The notes: generated from the sequence alone by a model not told the origin. Counted from the stretch's first letter, positions 1 to 14,035 are shown. The stretch is DNA of 64,000 bases from an uncultured Phycisphaerales bacterium (GCA_963772725.1 CAVYYI010000001.1:416001-480000), one strand, 5' to 3'. Program-made: numbers and translations.

Positions 1-2
1 CC

Positions 3-194
3 AAAGTTTTTACTGCCCGCGTGATAATCGATAAGCGAAGTTATGTCTATGAATACAGGCCGCTCGTTTTCACGAAGGTAAAAATGGATTTTAAAAAACA
101 AAACAGCGACTGGTTTATCACTAATATTGAGATTCTCGAGATTGATAATCAGCCTTTCAAGTGGGGTTTAATCAGAAGTATCGGCGAATTCTAA
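3..194 (+). CDS. 3' end of a hypothetical protein, truncated by the window edge
   Basis: Open frame KVFTARVIIDKRSY...WFITNIEILEIDNQPFKWGLIRSIGEF ending at TAA 192-194, just before the next gene. Confidence 0.65.
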   Translation, partial: KVFTARVIIDKRSYVYEYRPLVFTKVKMDFKKQNSDWFITNIEILEIDNQPFKWGLIRSIGEF

Positions 195-209
195 TTGTGA
201 TATTATATC

Positions 210-890
210 ATGACAAAAAAAACAGCCCTGCTTGCGCTATTATTGCTTGTACCCGTGCCGAGTATCGGAGTCCTGGCGGCTATGCTTATCGCTCCGAACC
301 ATATATTAGGCAAATCAATTTTTCTCGCTTCAAAAATCTGGATTCTCATAATACCGGTATTTTGGCTTATTATTGTTGACAAACAAAAATTGAGCTGGTC
401 AAAACCTATCCGCGGAGGATTTGGTGTTGCCGCTGGGCTCGGTGTCGCGATAAGCATAATTATTTTTATCGTGTACTCAGCTGCAGGCAATATCCTCATA
501 CAGCCGCAGATAGTCAGGGAGATAGCCCTTAAAATAGGACTGTCAAATCCGTCTCTTTATATCGCGGGAGCGGCGTATTGGATTTTAATAAACTCCGTGC
601 TTGAAGAATATGTCTGGCGATGGTTCGTTGTAAGTCAATGCAGAGTATTTATGCCTGTTGGAGCTGCGATTGTAATATCTGCTCTTGGCTTTACGCTGCA
701 CCATATTATTGCCCTGGATATATTTTTCGGCTGGTTCACAGCGGCAATCGCCTCGATGGGCGTTTTTATCGGCGGCGCTATTTGGTCGTGGTGTTACCTC
801 AGATACCGGTCAATCTGGCCCGGATATCTCAGCCATGCCATTGTGGATATCGCCGTCTTCGCCATTGGCTACAGCTTAATTTTCAAATAA
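210..890 (+). CDS. CPBP (CAAX/Abi) family intramembrane metalloprotease
   Basis: Multi-TM protein with EEYVWR, FTLHH and SHAIVD motifs. Confidence 0.9.
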   Translation: MTKKTALLALLLLVPVPSIGVLAAMLIAPNHILGKSIFLASKIWILIIPVFWLIIVDKQKLSWSKPIRGGFGVAAGLGVAISIIIFIVYSAAGNILIQPQIVREIALKIGLSNPSLYIAGAAYWILINSVLEEYVWRWFVVSQCRVFMPVGAAIVISALGFTLHHIIALDIFFGWFTAAIASMGVFIGGAIWSWCYLRYRSIWPGYLSHAIVDIAVFAIGYSLIFK

Positions 891-906
891 GCTAAATCAG
901 TTCTGC

Positions 907-941
907 GTTGAAAGTTCGATGTTCAATGTTGAACGTTAAAA
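907..941. repeat. Degenerate 7-nt tandem repeat, 5 units
   Basis: gttgaaa gttcgat gttcaat gttgaac gttaaaa. Confidence 0.7.
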
Positions 942-1030
942 TTAATTCTCTCCCTTGACTTTTTGTCCTGTCAGGTGTACCTTAACGTTTTTACTTTTGG
1001 GTTTTATTATATTTAAGGATAGCTCGAATT

Positions 1031-3586
1031 ATGAAGGAATCTGGAGATTTGCTCGAGCGGTTTGAGAATATGCGGATTCTTGACGAACTCAAGAATTCGT
1101 ACCTCAACTACGCGATGAGCGTTATCGTTTCGCGTGCCTTGCCGGACGTCCGCGACGGCCTAAAGCCCTCGCAGCGGCGCATCCTGGTCGCGATGAACGA
1201 CTTGAACCTCGGCCCGCGCAGCAAGCATAGAAAGTGCGCAAAGATCGTCGGCGATACCGGCGGCAATTACCATCCGCACGGCGACCAGGCCACCTACGGC
1301 ACACTGGTGCGAATGGGGCAGGATTGGAACATGCGGTACACGCTGGTCGATCCGCAGGGTAATTTCGGCAGTATCGACGCCGACCCGCCTGCCGCGATGC
1401 GTTATACCGAAGCGCGCATGACCGCGCCCGCGATGGAAATGCTCGAAGACCTTGAATCGCGATACCGTCGATTTTGTTCCCAACTACGATGAGACACGGA
1501 AAGAGCCGACGGTTTTGCCCGGCGAAATTTCCGAATCTGATTGTCAACGGCGCAACCGGCATCGCGGTCGGCATGGCCACCAATATGCCGCCGCACAACG
1601 TCGCGGAAGTATGCGATGCGCTGATACTTGTCATAGATGAGCCCAACTGCGGCTTCAAGGATATTTTGAAAGTTCTGCCCGGCCCCGATTTCCCCACCGG
1701 CGGCATCATCTGCGGCCGCAAGGGCATTGTCGATGCCTACACCACCGGCAAGGGCCATCTTACCGTTCGCGGCAGAGCTGAGATCGAGACCAGCAAAAAG
1801 GGCAAGGAAAGCATCATCATTACGGAAATTCCGTATCAGGTCGTCAAGACCACGATCGTCTCCAAGATCGCCGAATGCGTGCACGAACGATACCCTGCCG
1901 GAAGTGTCCGATGTGCGCGATGAATCCGACCGCAAGGGGCTGCGGATCGTCGTCGAGCTTAAAAAAGACGCCGATGCGCCAGATGGTCTTAAATAAGCTT
2001 TTCAGCTTACGCCGCTTCAGACGACGTTCGGCGTTATCAATATCGCCCTTGTGAATAACCGGCCTGAAACGCTCAATATCAAGCAGATGCTTCAGGCATT
2101 TCATCGACCACCGCAAAGTGGTGATTCGCCGACGCAGCAAGTTCCTGCTTGAAAAAATGCCGCAACCGGCGCACATATCCTCGAAGGTCTGATTCTTGCG
2201 GTCAGCGATATCGACGACATTATCGAATCTGATCAAAAAATCGCCCGATGCGCCGACGGCCAAAAAGAATCTGATGGAAAAGCCGCTTCGCCTTGTCGAG
2301 GCCGCCACGCTCAAAAAGATTCTGCCCGAGGCGTTCATCAAGCAAAAAGCAAAACCGACCAGTTCCTCACCGGCCCGCAGGCCGACGCGATTTTGACGAT
2401 GCAGCTCCAGCGGCTCACCGGCCTTGAAATCGAAAAGCTCGCAAAAGAATATGCCGAGCTGATCAGTGAGATCGCCGATTACGAGGCAATTTTGGCCGAC
2501 GAAAGCGTGCTCATGGATATTATCCGCGAGGATATTCACGAGATAAAGGAAAAATACGGCGACAAGCGGCGCACAGAAATCTCCGGTGCCATCGAGGAAT
2601 TCAACATTGAGGATCTGATCGCCGACGAAGAGGTCATTGTTACCGATAAGCCACAGCGGCTACATCAAGCGGATGGCCATCGACTCCTACCGCAAGCAGG
2701 GCAGCGGCGGCAAGGGCATCATCGGCTCGGATACCAAGGAAGGCGATTTCCTCGAACATCTGTTTGTCGCCTCGACGCACGATTACCTGCTGGTCTTCAC
2801 CAATCGCGGCAAATGCTACTGGCTCAAGGTCTATGACATTCCCAAGCCTGACCCGCCAGAGCAAAGGCAGAAATATCGTCAATCTGCTCAATCTCGGCGA
2901 CCAGAAGATCGCTTCCATTATAAGCGTAAGCAATTTCGCAGCGAAGAAGAAAAAAATTCGAAGAATCCGCGCAGCTTATCATGGCCACCAGGAACGGCAT
3001 TATCAAAAAGACCGTGCTCTCCGCCTACGGCAATCCGCGGACCTCCGGCGTCCATCGCGATCAAGCTCGACCCCAACGATGCCGTTATCGGCGTTGCTCT
3101 CACAAGCGGCAAGGATGAGATCATTCTCGGCACACGCGACGGCATGGCGATCCGCTTCAACGAAGAGCAGGCTCGCTCAATGGGCCGGCGTCGCAAGGGG
3201 CGTCAAAGGCATCAACTCCGCGACAATGACACTGTCGTTGTCGTCGTGATCGTTGAAGAAAAAGCATCCCTGCTGACCGTCTGCGAAAACGGCTACGGCA
3301 AACGCACAGGATCTCGACGATTATCGCTCGCAGAATCGCGGCGGCATCGGCCTTATTAATATTAAAACCTCCGACCGAAACGGCAATGGTCGTCGCCCTA
3401 AAGTCCGTTCAGCAGAGCGATGAATTCATGATGATTACCGCCAAGGGCATCATCATCCGCACCGGCATCGAGGAGATTCGCGCCATCGGCAGAAATACGC
3501 AGGGCGTTCGACTGATCAAACTCGACCCCGGCGATAAACTCGTTGCCGCTGAAAAAATTGTTCCTGAAGAACCGGATACCGTTTAG
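1031..3586 (+). CDS. gyrA: DNA gyrase subunit A, broken by many frameshifts (probably sequence errors)
   Basis: [59 protein letters not shown] GyrA-box-like motif and C-terminal [10 protein letters not shown], spread over successive frames. Confidence 0.95.
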
Positions 3587-3595
3587 CGTTTTTCT

Positions 3596-4588
3596 ATGGC
3601 TGATACTAAAGCAAAAGCTAACATACAAAAATCGGTCTATGTAATTGCCGGCGAAGACCCGGCGATGCTCAGCATCGAATGCGAAAAACTTCTCGCGCAA
3701 TTCATCGACCATTCTGACAGGCAACTCGGCCTTTTCAATGTTGACACAAAACTGGCCCAGCCCGCTGAGGTCTTCGATGAGTTGCGCACGCTCCCGTTTC
3801 TCACTGCCAAGCGTGTCGTTCTTATCAAGGACGCCGAGGATTTTATCAGCGATAATCGCCAGTTATTCGAGGGATACTTCGACAACCCCTCGCCTACAGG
3901 CATACTTATAATTATGGTCAAAACCTGGGACTCTCGCACCAGGCTTGCCAAAAAACTGCCCGAAATCGGCGAACTCATAACAGTTACCCAGCCCAAACCC
4001 TGGCAGTTGTCCGAATACCTCGTCCGTTACGCCGCCGACAGGCACAAAAAAACGCTCACACGGCCCGCCGCCCAGTTACTCATCGAACTTGCCGGCGATA
4101 ACCTCCCTCAATTGTATGGCGAAATCGACAAATTAGTCCTCTATATCGATACCGAAAAAATCATTACACCCAAACACGTTGAATCGCTCATCGGACACAA
4201 CCGGGTTTTCAATTGTTTCAATGTTATCGATGCCATTGTCGCTGGAAACGCCGCACAGGCCGTAACCCGCCTGCGAAATATGTTCGCCGAAGACCGCTCC
4301 GCAGAGTATACTTTTGTTGGCGCTTTCGCTTACCATTTCAGACGAATGTTTAACGCTAAAACTATGCTCGAAAGGGGCCTGACTCCCGCCGCCGTCGCTC
4401 CGAAGATTCAGCTTTGGTACAACAAGGATGCTTTCTTCGCCCAGCTTGAAAAGCTTACTCTTGCTCAGATAGGCTCCATTATCCAGCTTTTGGCGCAGCT
4501 CGATTACGAAATAAAGACCGGCCAAGCAAGACCCCAAATCGCCGCAGAGCAGCTCGTCTTAAAACTTGCTTCCTCCAGAAACTCCTAA
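3596..4588 (+). CDS. holA: DNA polymerase III delta subunit
   Basis: VYVIAGED, TLPFL..KRVV, EIDKL and DYEIKTG motifs; 330 aa. Confidence 0.9.
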   Translation: MADTKAKANIQKSVYVIAGEDPAMLSIECEKLLAQFIDHSDRQLGLFNVDTKLAQPAEVFDELRTLPFLTAKRVVLIKDAEDFISDNRQLFEGYFDNPSPTGILIIMVKTWDSRTRLAKKLPEIGELITVTQPKPWQLSEYLVRYAADRHKKTLTRPAAQLLIELAGDNLPQLYGEIDKLVLYIDTEKIITPKHVESLIGHNRVFNCFNVIDAIVAGNAAQAVTRLRNMFAEDRSAEYTFVGAFAYHFRRMFNAKTMLERGLTPAAVAPKIQLWYNKDAFFAQLEKLTLAQIGSIIQLLAQLDYEIKTGQARPQIAAEQLVLKLASSRNS

Positions 4589-4604
4589 ATAAAGAAAGAG
4601 TTAG

Positions 4605-5426
4605 ATGCAAAAGCAAAATATCGACATTATCTATCAGGATTCTGATATCCTCGTCGTAAATAAGCCTGCCGGTGTTTCCGTTACCAAAGACCGCTCGGGC
4701 CTGCCGCAATTGAGAGACCTCTTGGCATCCCAGCCCGGCACAGACGCTGGCCGGCTGCTCCTGATACACCGCATCGACAAGGAAACTTCCGGCGTGATGG
4801 TCCTGGCTAAAAATAAAGACGCTCAAAGCCGCTTTTCCGGCTATTTCGCTAAAAGGCTCGTCAAAAAAACGTATCTTGCAATCGTAACGGGTTTTATCCC
4901 CGCGCCGCAGGGTACTATCAATGCGCCCGTGACCCGCAGCACACGCAATCCGGAACTGATGTGTATTGCGAAGAAAAACGGCAAATCCGCTGTTACCGAC
5001 TGGAAACTCCTCGCTGATTTTGGCCAATTCGCCTTATTAGCTGTGATGCCCCAGACAGGTCGAACGCATCAAATTCGTGTCCATCTCCCATCGATAGGCT
5101 TGCCGCTTGCCATTGACCCGCTTTATGGCAGCACTGCACCGCTTTTTCTTTCCACATTCAAAAAATCCGCTTATCAGCTTGGCGAACATCAGACTGAAAA
5201 ACCGCTCATCGAGCGGCTTACCCTGCACGCCTATCAGCTTGAGTTTTTGATGGATGAACCGAATCGGCCAAATTGCTTTATCGCCGCTCTGGATAAAAAA
5301 TTCGCCGCCGCTTTAAAAATGCTCACAAAACATAATCCCAACGGCCCAAACGCCTTAACTAATCCAGCCATTCTCCTCGCCATCCTGAACGCCCAGAAAA
5401 TTAATCCGAGCCCTGCAGGTAACTAA
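4605..5426 (+). CDS. RluA-family pseudouridine synthase
   Basis: VNKPAG, HRIDKETSG, TGRTHQIRVH, DPLYG, LHAYQL. Confidence 0.95.
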   Translation: MQKQNIDIIYQDSDILVVNKPAGVSVTKDRSGLPQLRDLLASQPGTDAGRLLLIHRIDKETSGVMVLAKNKDAQSRFSGYFAKRLVKKTYLAIVTGFIPAPQGTINAPVTRSTRNPELMCIAKKNGKSAVTDWKLLADFGQFALLAVMPQTGRTHQIRVHLPSIGLPLAIDPLYGSTAPLFLSTFKKSAYQLGEHQTEKPLIERLTLHAYQLEFLMDEPNRPNCFIAALDKKFAAALKMLTKHNPNGPNALTNPAILLAILNAQKINPSPAGN

Positions 5427-5700
5427 GGGGGTGAAAAATTCCTCCCACTAATACGTAAAGGTGTCTTGAGCAAAGTGCACCAATTTTTGCTGATTTTTAT
5501 TCCAAAATTGGTACTTTTTCTCTTGCTTTTTCTCAAAAAAGGCATATAATTGACTCTACTTTAGCGAACAAAATAAAATATAAGAGATGCAGAGGATGGA
5601 GATAGATGTCAATCCTTTAAAATGGTTTATATCGTATTTCAGTATTTCTGTACAATCGCTGCGCTCAAATATAAACATTTTTTATTTGAGGAAGTATTTT

Positions 5701-7407
5701 ATGAAAAGGTTACTGCTGGTTTTCAGTTTGGCATCAGTTCTGACGTCAGTCATACCCTTTACATTCAATACTGTTAATGCCGCTTCTCTTATAGCATGGG
5801 GTGATAATTCTTATGGGCAATGCAATGTCCCTGCAGGGAATGATTTTGTAAAAATTGCATGTGGCGGCTATCATACTGTTGCTCTAAAAAGTGATGGCTC
5901 ACTTGCAGCTTGCGGTTTGAATGAAGACGGTCAGTGCGATGTGCCGCAAAGTTATGACTTTAGTAACATTGCCGCTGGTGGTTATCATAGTTTAGCTCTT
6001 ACAACTGATGGCTCACTGACAGGTTGGGGAGACTGTTACGACCTCCGGTGGTCTGAAGGCAAGATGCTAATGCTTAAAATAGCTGATGCGATTTACGCCT
6101 ATGCCGTGGCAAATCCTAATGGTCCTCTTCCGACTTCTATATTTGGCCAGTACCCTCCTGCTTTGGGATTTTATCCCGGATATCTCGATAGGACATATTT
6201 TACTGGTCAATGTTTTTCGATGAACGTAACTGACTTAGACCCTTTGGTTTACACAATTACTTGTGTTGCTGCTAATAGCATACGGGTGGAAAGACCAGAC
6301 AGTCCGCAAATGGTTATATTAGACCAAAATGATATTTTCACACCAATTTTTGGGCCACCAGGTACATCAGCAGTTCCTGCCGGTAACAATTTTATCGACA
6401 TTGCTTGCGGAAAATGGCATAGTGCGGCAGTTAAGTCTGATGGTTCACTTATAGCTTGGAAAGACAATAGTCATTATCAGCTTGAAGTACCAGAGGTAAA
6501 TAACTTTACTGGTGTTTCGGCGGGTCAGTGGCACAGTTTAGCTATCAACAACAACGGTTCTCTGACAGCTTGGGGTAAAGGTTTAAATTTTGCTGCTGAA
6601 TGGTCGGAAGGCCAAGACTTTATGCTCAAAATTGCTGATGCGATTCGTGCTTATGCAGATGAAGACCCTTATCGAACTCCTCCGTATAATATTTTGGGAG
6701 ATGGAGATGGGTGTTTAGGTTTCGAACCAGGAGATTTGACTGGAAAATATTTTGTAGATTCTGATTTTGCAATAACCATGGTAAGCTTTCTACCACTTGC
6801 ATATACCGTTACAGCTATCTCATCTACTTTGGAGCCCACTTGTTATACATTGAATCAACTTGGATGTTGGAACACTTGCGGGAGTTGGGATGGTTTTTAT
6901 ATCGGTAGTGGCCAGTGCATTGTCCCCGAAGGAAACGACTTTATAGCCGTTGCTGGTGGCGGTTGGCACAGTCTCGCTCTTAAGGCTGATGGTTCACTTG
7001 TAGGATGGGGGGACAATAATTACGGTCAATGTGATGTGCCGGAAGGAAATGATTTTGTTGCCATTGCTTGTGGTCTGAATCATAATCTTGCACTAAAATC
7101 AAATGGTTCGATTATAGCATGGGGCGACAATAGTAAAGGCCAGTGCAATTTACCATCAGGCAATAACTTCGTAGCAATTGCTGCAGGTGATTATCACAGC
7201 CTAGCCCTTTTTAATCCTGAACCGGGGGACTTTAATGCTGATTTATGTGTGGACTTAAAAGATTTTGCTGTTTTGGCAACGGCATGGCAAAGCAGTATGG
7301 ACGATGAAAATTGGAACAACGTTTGTAATCTGGCTGACCCAAATAATATTATCGACTGGCAAGACCTTGCTGTCCTCGCAGGTCATTGGCTCTCAGGATG
7401 TGATTAA
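5701..7407 (+). CDS. Secreted RCC1-repeat protein with two inserted homologous domains and a C-terminal dockerin-like duplicated motif
   Basis: Signal peptide from MKRLLL (SD-like gagg upstream); repeats AWGDNxYGQCxVPxGNDFVxIAxGxxHxxALKxDGSL; C-terminal GDFNADLCVDLKDFAVLA...IDWQDLAVLAGHWL. Confidence 0.85.
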   Translation: MKRLLLVFSLASVLTSVIPFTFNTVNAASLIAWGDNSYGQCNVPAGNDFVKIACGGYHTVALKSDGSLAACGLNEDGQCDVPQSYDFSNIAAGGYHSLALTTDGSLTGWGDCYDLRWSEGKMLMLKIADAIYAYAVANPNGPLPTSIFGQYPPALGFYPGYLDRTYFTGQCFSMNVTDLDPLVYTITCVAANSIRVERPDSPQMVILDQNDIFTPIFGPPGTSAVPAGNNFIDIACGKWHSAAVKSDGSLIAWKDNSHYQLEVPEVNNFTGVSAGQWHSLAINNNGSLTAWGKGLNFAAEWSEGQDFMLKIADAIRAYADEDPYRTPPYNILGDGDGCLGFEPGDLTGKYFVDSDFAITMVSFLPLAYTVTAISSTLEPTCYTLNQLGCWNTCGSWDGFYIGSGQCIVPEGNDFIAVAGGGWHSLALKADGSLVGWGDNNYGQCDVPEGNDFVAIACGLNHNLALKSNGSIIAWGDNSKGQCNLPSGNNFVAIAAGDYHSLALFNPEPGDFNADLCVDLKDFAVLATAWQSSMDDENWNNVCNLADPNNIIDWQDLAVLAGHWLSGCD

Positions 7408-7562
7408 AAGTTTAAATGTTTTTTGGTTTTTGACTACAATCTTAACTCATCTGAAAAAAGATGAATTCAATCTGCCTTCGGTTGACATATGCATTGACGG
7501 CATCAGAAATTCTGCGGTTAATTATTCGTGTCCCTTGTATCTTTTCGTAGCTGATTTACCTT

Positions 7563-7666
7563 GTGTCTTGGGTCTTGCGTCCTGTGTTTTGCAGATTTTT
7601 CCGATTTTATCGTTTATCGAGCGACGAAAAACGGACGACGAGCAACGAGTAATGAGCGACGAAAAC
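7563..7666. repeat. Two degenerate 7-nt tandem arrays
   Basis: gtgtctt gggtctt gcgtcct gtgtttt (7563-7590); cgagcga cgaaaaa cggacga cgagcaa cgagtaa tgagcga cgaaaac (7618-7666). Confidence 0.7.
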
Positions 7667-7836
7667 CTTTGGGACAATAAAAAGTATCAATCAAACTGTT
7701 AGAATTTTTAAAAGGCAACCACGAAGACACAAAGAAAAAAAGAGAAAGACATATCGTGAATCCGACAGGGGGGCTATAATTCCCAGTTTTCGATATAATA
7801 ATAATTTCAGTTAATAAGAACCGATAGCAAAGTTTA

Positions 7837-7863
7837 TGGATTCCCGCTTTCGCGGGAATGACA
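7837..7863. repeat. REP/dRS3-like palindrome
   Basis: tggATTCCCGCtttcGCGGGAATgaca; matches the ATTCCC-N8-GGGAAT pattern. Confidence 0.8.
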
Positions 7864-8130
7864 GCAAGCGGCAATCGGCTTTTATTAGCTTGATTTGATA
7901 TAAGTCTTTATATTACAATAACCTTTGCGTTTTAAGCGGTCTCGGCGGTGAAAAATGCGGATTAATGATTTTAATGTTTTTTCGCTTCATCGGCACTTTA
8001 TTATTGAAATTTATATTCAAATGCTGTAAAAACAAACTGAATTTTTGTTTAGCGATGCAGTTTATCGTTCCCTGAAGATGCTGTAATTTGTTGAAATCTA
8101 AGAAGTTGCGTAAATTTTACAGGTTTTGTT

Positions 8131-8890
8131 ATGGTATTTAAACGCGGCAGAATGGCTCTATACGAGGCCGTCAGCAAGGCTCGTCTCAAATCGACTCCGG
8201 TCAAGACCGTAGAGCCGATACGCCCTGAAAAACCAGGGGAAAAACCCGCTATCGCCGATACTTTCTTATCAAAAACCACAAGCGAAATGGTCAAGTGGTT
8301 TAAAAAACCGAATTTTGTGCAGGTAAACGCTGGCAGAGTTGAAATTTCACTGCCCTGGCAGGCCGCGGTAGCTGTTGTGCTTGTTTTGATTTTATTGCTA
8401 TCGGTTGTTTTTCGCCTTGGTCAGCATTCAGGGTTTGCTACTGCCGGACAGCCTGCTAACGAGGTAACACATTCACCGGCGCCAGTTGCGCCATCGGCGG
8501 TATATAACCGAACACCGGCGGTTGTAAGGCCTGAAATTGCTGAGCCGGCTCCAAGGCCTATGCCAACTGCTGCAAGGGAAACTCCTGTTGTGACATCCAA
8601 AGGGGCTAACCGAATTGTAATAGCCTCATCAGCGAGGCAGGCAGATTTGGAAACCGCGAAAAGTTTTTTCGCGGCGGAAGGTATAGCGACAGAGGTTAGA
8701 AATTTCGGAAGTGTATATAGCCTGGTAACTTCGGGAAAGTATGAGAATCCCGCGGCGCACAGGTACGGATGGATTTGACATGAGAAGCAGGATTGTCGAA
8801 TTAGGTCAGAAATACGCGGCTAAAAACGGCACAACGAGTTTTGGGCCGAAGCCGTTTCACGATGCTTATGGTAAGAAGTTTGATGATTAG
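8131..8890 (+). CDS. Single-TM hypothetical protein with Pro-rich linker and SPOR-like C-terminal domain; one frameshift near 8755
   Basis: ORF 8131-8778 continues in another frame as ...TGTDGFDMRSRIVELGQKY...FHDAYGKKFDD, stop at 8890. Confidence 0.65.
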
Positions 8891-8917
8891 TTTTATTTTT
8901 ATTAGGAGAATTTTTTA

Positions 8918-9259
8918 ATGTCTATTGACCCTTCTTTAAAAGTTAAGAATGCCCTGACGAGGCACCGGAACGTTTTAACCCGTGACGAGCGTATCGCCAA
9001 GTTGAAAGACGAAGAAAAGTGGACCGAGCAGGATTCTGTATTTGGTTTGCTGAAAGTCGCTCATCGCAAGAGCCACGCTGGCAAGAAAGAAAAGGTCGAA
9101 GGCGAAGGTGAAGCCGCTGCCGCGACCACGGAAGCCGGAGCAGCCGCTCCTGCCGCCGCGACTGGTAAAGCCGCACCTGCCGCAAAGGCAGCAGCACCAA
9201 AAGCTGCACCGGGCAAAGCTGAGAAAGCTGAAAAGCCGGGAAAGGAAAAGAAAAAATAA
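8918..9259 (+). CDS. PVC-superphylum 'small basic protein' with Ala/Lys/Pro-rich tail
   Basis: MSIDPSLK...RHRNVLTRDERIAKLK.EEKW...SVFGLLKV; SD aggag. Confidence 0.85.
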   Translation: MSIDPSLKVKNALTRHRNVLTRDERIAKLKDEEKWTEQDSVFGLLKVAHRKSHAGKKEKVEGEGEAAAATTEAGAAAPAAATGKAAPAAKAAAPKAAPGKAEKAEKPGKEKKK

Positions 9260-9296
9260 CAACCGCTAATATTTAGCGCATAAGGCATTTAAGATT

Positions 9297-9339
9297 ATGC
9301 CGTATTTCGGTTATGAACAGAAATGCGGCATATTTTTTT
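9297..9339 (+). terminator. Probable intrinsic terminator
   Basis: atgccgtatttc / gaaatgcggcat stem followed by a T run. Confidence 0.6.
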
Positions 9340-9426
9340 GACTTTTACGGTGAATAAAAAGTGTTTCCACCAAGACGTAAAGGCGCAAAGAAATTTTAAT
9401 CACAGATTAAACACAGAATTGCACAA

Positions 9427-9499
9427 CTCCCCGAGTAGGGCTCGAACCTACGACCTAGCGGTTAACAGCCGCCCGCTCTACCAATTGAGCTATCGGGGA
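9427..9499 (-). tRNA. tRNA-Asn (GTT), CCA not encoded
   Basis: Reverse complement TCCCCGATAGCTCAATTGGTAGAGCGGGCGGCTGTTAACCGCTAGGTCGTAGGTTCGAGCCCTACTCGGGGAG folds as a cloverleaf with anticodon GTT; TTGACA-16-GATAAT promoter upstream. Confidence 0.97.
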
Positions 9500-9655
9500 A
9501 TATTCAAAAGCTCAAAAACCACCATTATCCAAATTTCGGCCATTTTGTCAACTGTTTTGACAACAAATTTTTGCTTTATCTTGTATTAGGGCAGGAACTG
9601 TTAAAGGGCATAATCAGTAGGATAATTGAAGTTTTGTTTAAGCAGTGCCGTTTGA

Positions 9656-12801
<3,146 letters not shown>

Positions 12802-12920
12802 TACATATTGAAATGAAGTGTGGATTTTCTGTTTTAATAGTAAAATATAGTCTTGCCATTTTTCGAACCTGTTACTAAAATGTCATTGTCAGGCTTTCTT
12901 GTTAGATTTATTATAAAATT

Positions 12921-13289
12921 ATGAACAAAACCGGTATTACGCGTCGCAGATTTCTCACAAATACAGGGTTAGCTCTCGCAAGTTTCGCAATTATGCCACG
13001 TAACGTTCTTGGAGGTAAAGGTTATACCCCCCCAAGCGAAAAACTGAATATCGCCGGCATAGGTATAGGAGGTACGGGCAAGGGTAATCTTAAAAAACTT
13101 GCCGATGAGAATAATATAGTTGCGCTTTGTGATGTTGACCATGAATATGCCGGTAAAATTTTTGCTGAATACCCCGGGGCTAAAAAGTACATCGATTTCC
13201 GCAAAATGTTCGAAAAGCAAAAAGATATTGATGCTGTTGTTGTCGCCACACCTGACCATACTCATGCCGTCATTACAATGACGGCTATT
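12921..13289 (+). pseudogene. 5' fragment of a Tat-exported Gfo/Idh/MocA oxidoreductase
   Basis: TRRRFL signal, IGIGGTG, ALCDVD, VATPDHTH; family similarity stops abruptly where the inverted ISAs1 fragment begins. Confidence 0.85.
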
Positions 13290-13291
13290 GG

Positions 13292-14035
13292 CAATAGCAT
13301 CGTCCATAAACAATTTGACCTCTTCGTGCAATGTGCCATGATTACCTTTTAAACTGAAAACATAGTCCCCGTTGCCGTCGATTATTTTTTCAGCTATCTT
13401 CTTCTGACAACCCATTGCATCTATAGTTACCACAGAACCATCTAAAACCAGCATTTCAAGCAATTTTGGGATAGCGGTGATTTCATTGCTCTTGCCGTCC
13501 GTAACGACCTGGCCAAAGACCATTTTATTCTCGCAAGCCCATGCACTAACCATGTGAATCGCCGCCTTGCGGTTGGCTGTATCAAACGATCTTCGCAGAG
13601 TTTTGCCGTCAATCGCTATTATTTTTTCACCCGTGTTTTTAGCAAGAGCCTGTATCCATCTCTGAAAACGCTGCTCAAAATCATCCGGCTTTATCGAAGA
13701 AACCACACGTGCAAAAGTGTCATGGGATGGTATGCCGTTGGGCAATTCCAAAAAACTCTCCAGCCACTGCTGTTTGCATTGGCCAAACAATTCAATTTCA
13801 TTCCATCCTTCCGCTCCACAGATGACCGCACAAATTGTGATAGCCAAAATATCTTCCAATTTGTGCAATTTTGTTCGCTCAACCCGGGGATCAGGCAGGT
13901 CTGAAAAATAATCCAGCAGTGTTTTGTCCATTCTAAACTCCTGTATAGCAATAATATAAGTTTCCATACAAAAGTTATCGGGCTATCCCAAGAACTAACC
14001 TGAATTAACAATAAAATTTAGATGCGTTTGCCCTG
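13292..14035 (-). mobile_element. Truncated ISAs1-family IS: left end plus 5' part of the transposase
   Basis: Transposase from ATG 13931 with DPRVER, GIPSHDTF, IAIDGKTLR, KSNEITAIP, TIDAMGCQ, LKGNHGTL; terminal CAGGGCAAACGCATCTAA ending at 14035; 3' half absent. Confidence 0.9.

Noticed and set aside
2690..2720. Variant GyrA-box QGSGGKG in place of QxRGGKG
   Set aside because: A single-base difference within the most error-rich part of the window; not trustworthy.
1031..3586. gyrA as a pseudogene or a case of programmed frameshifting
   Set aside because: Essential gene with intact motifs and many scattered indels; similar breaks in rplS, phoR, icd and ubiE indicate consensus errors.
7265..7874. 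ORFs 7265-7702 and 7614-7874 as real genes
   Set aside because: They are translations of repeat tracts and the REP-like palindrome (VIPAKAGI), with no coding features.
7500..7960. Possible CRISPR array or integron attC array
   Set aside because: No identical repeats with regular spacers, no cas or integrase gene, no clear attC core-site pairs.
9323..9589. 88-aa ORF
   Set aside because: Antisense to tRNA-Asn and runs through repeat arms.
12969..13967. 332-aa ORF as a novel transposase fusion
   Set aside because: The C-terminal third is antisense read-through of the truncated oxidoreductase.
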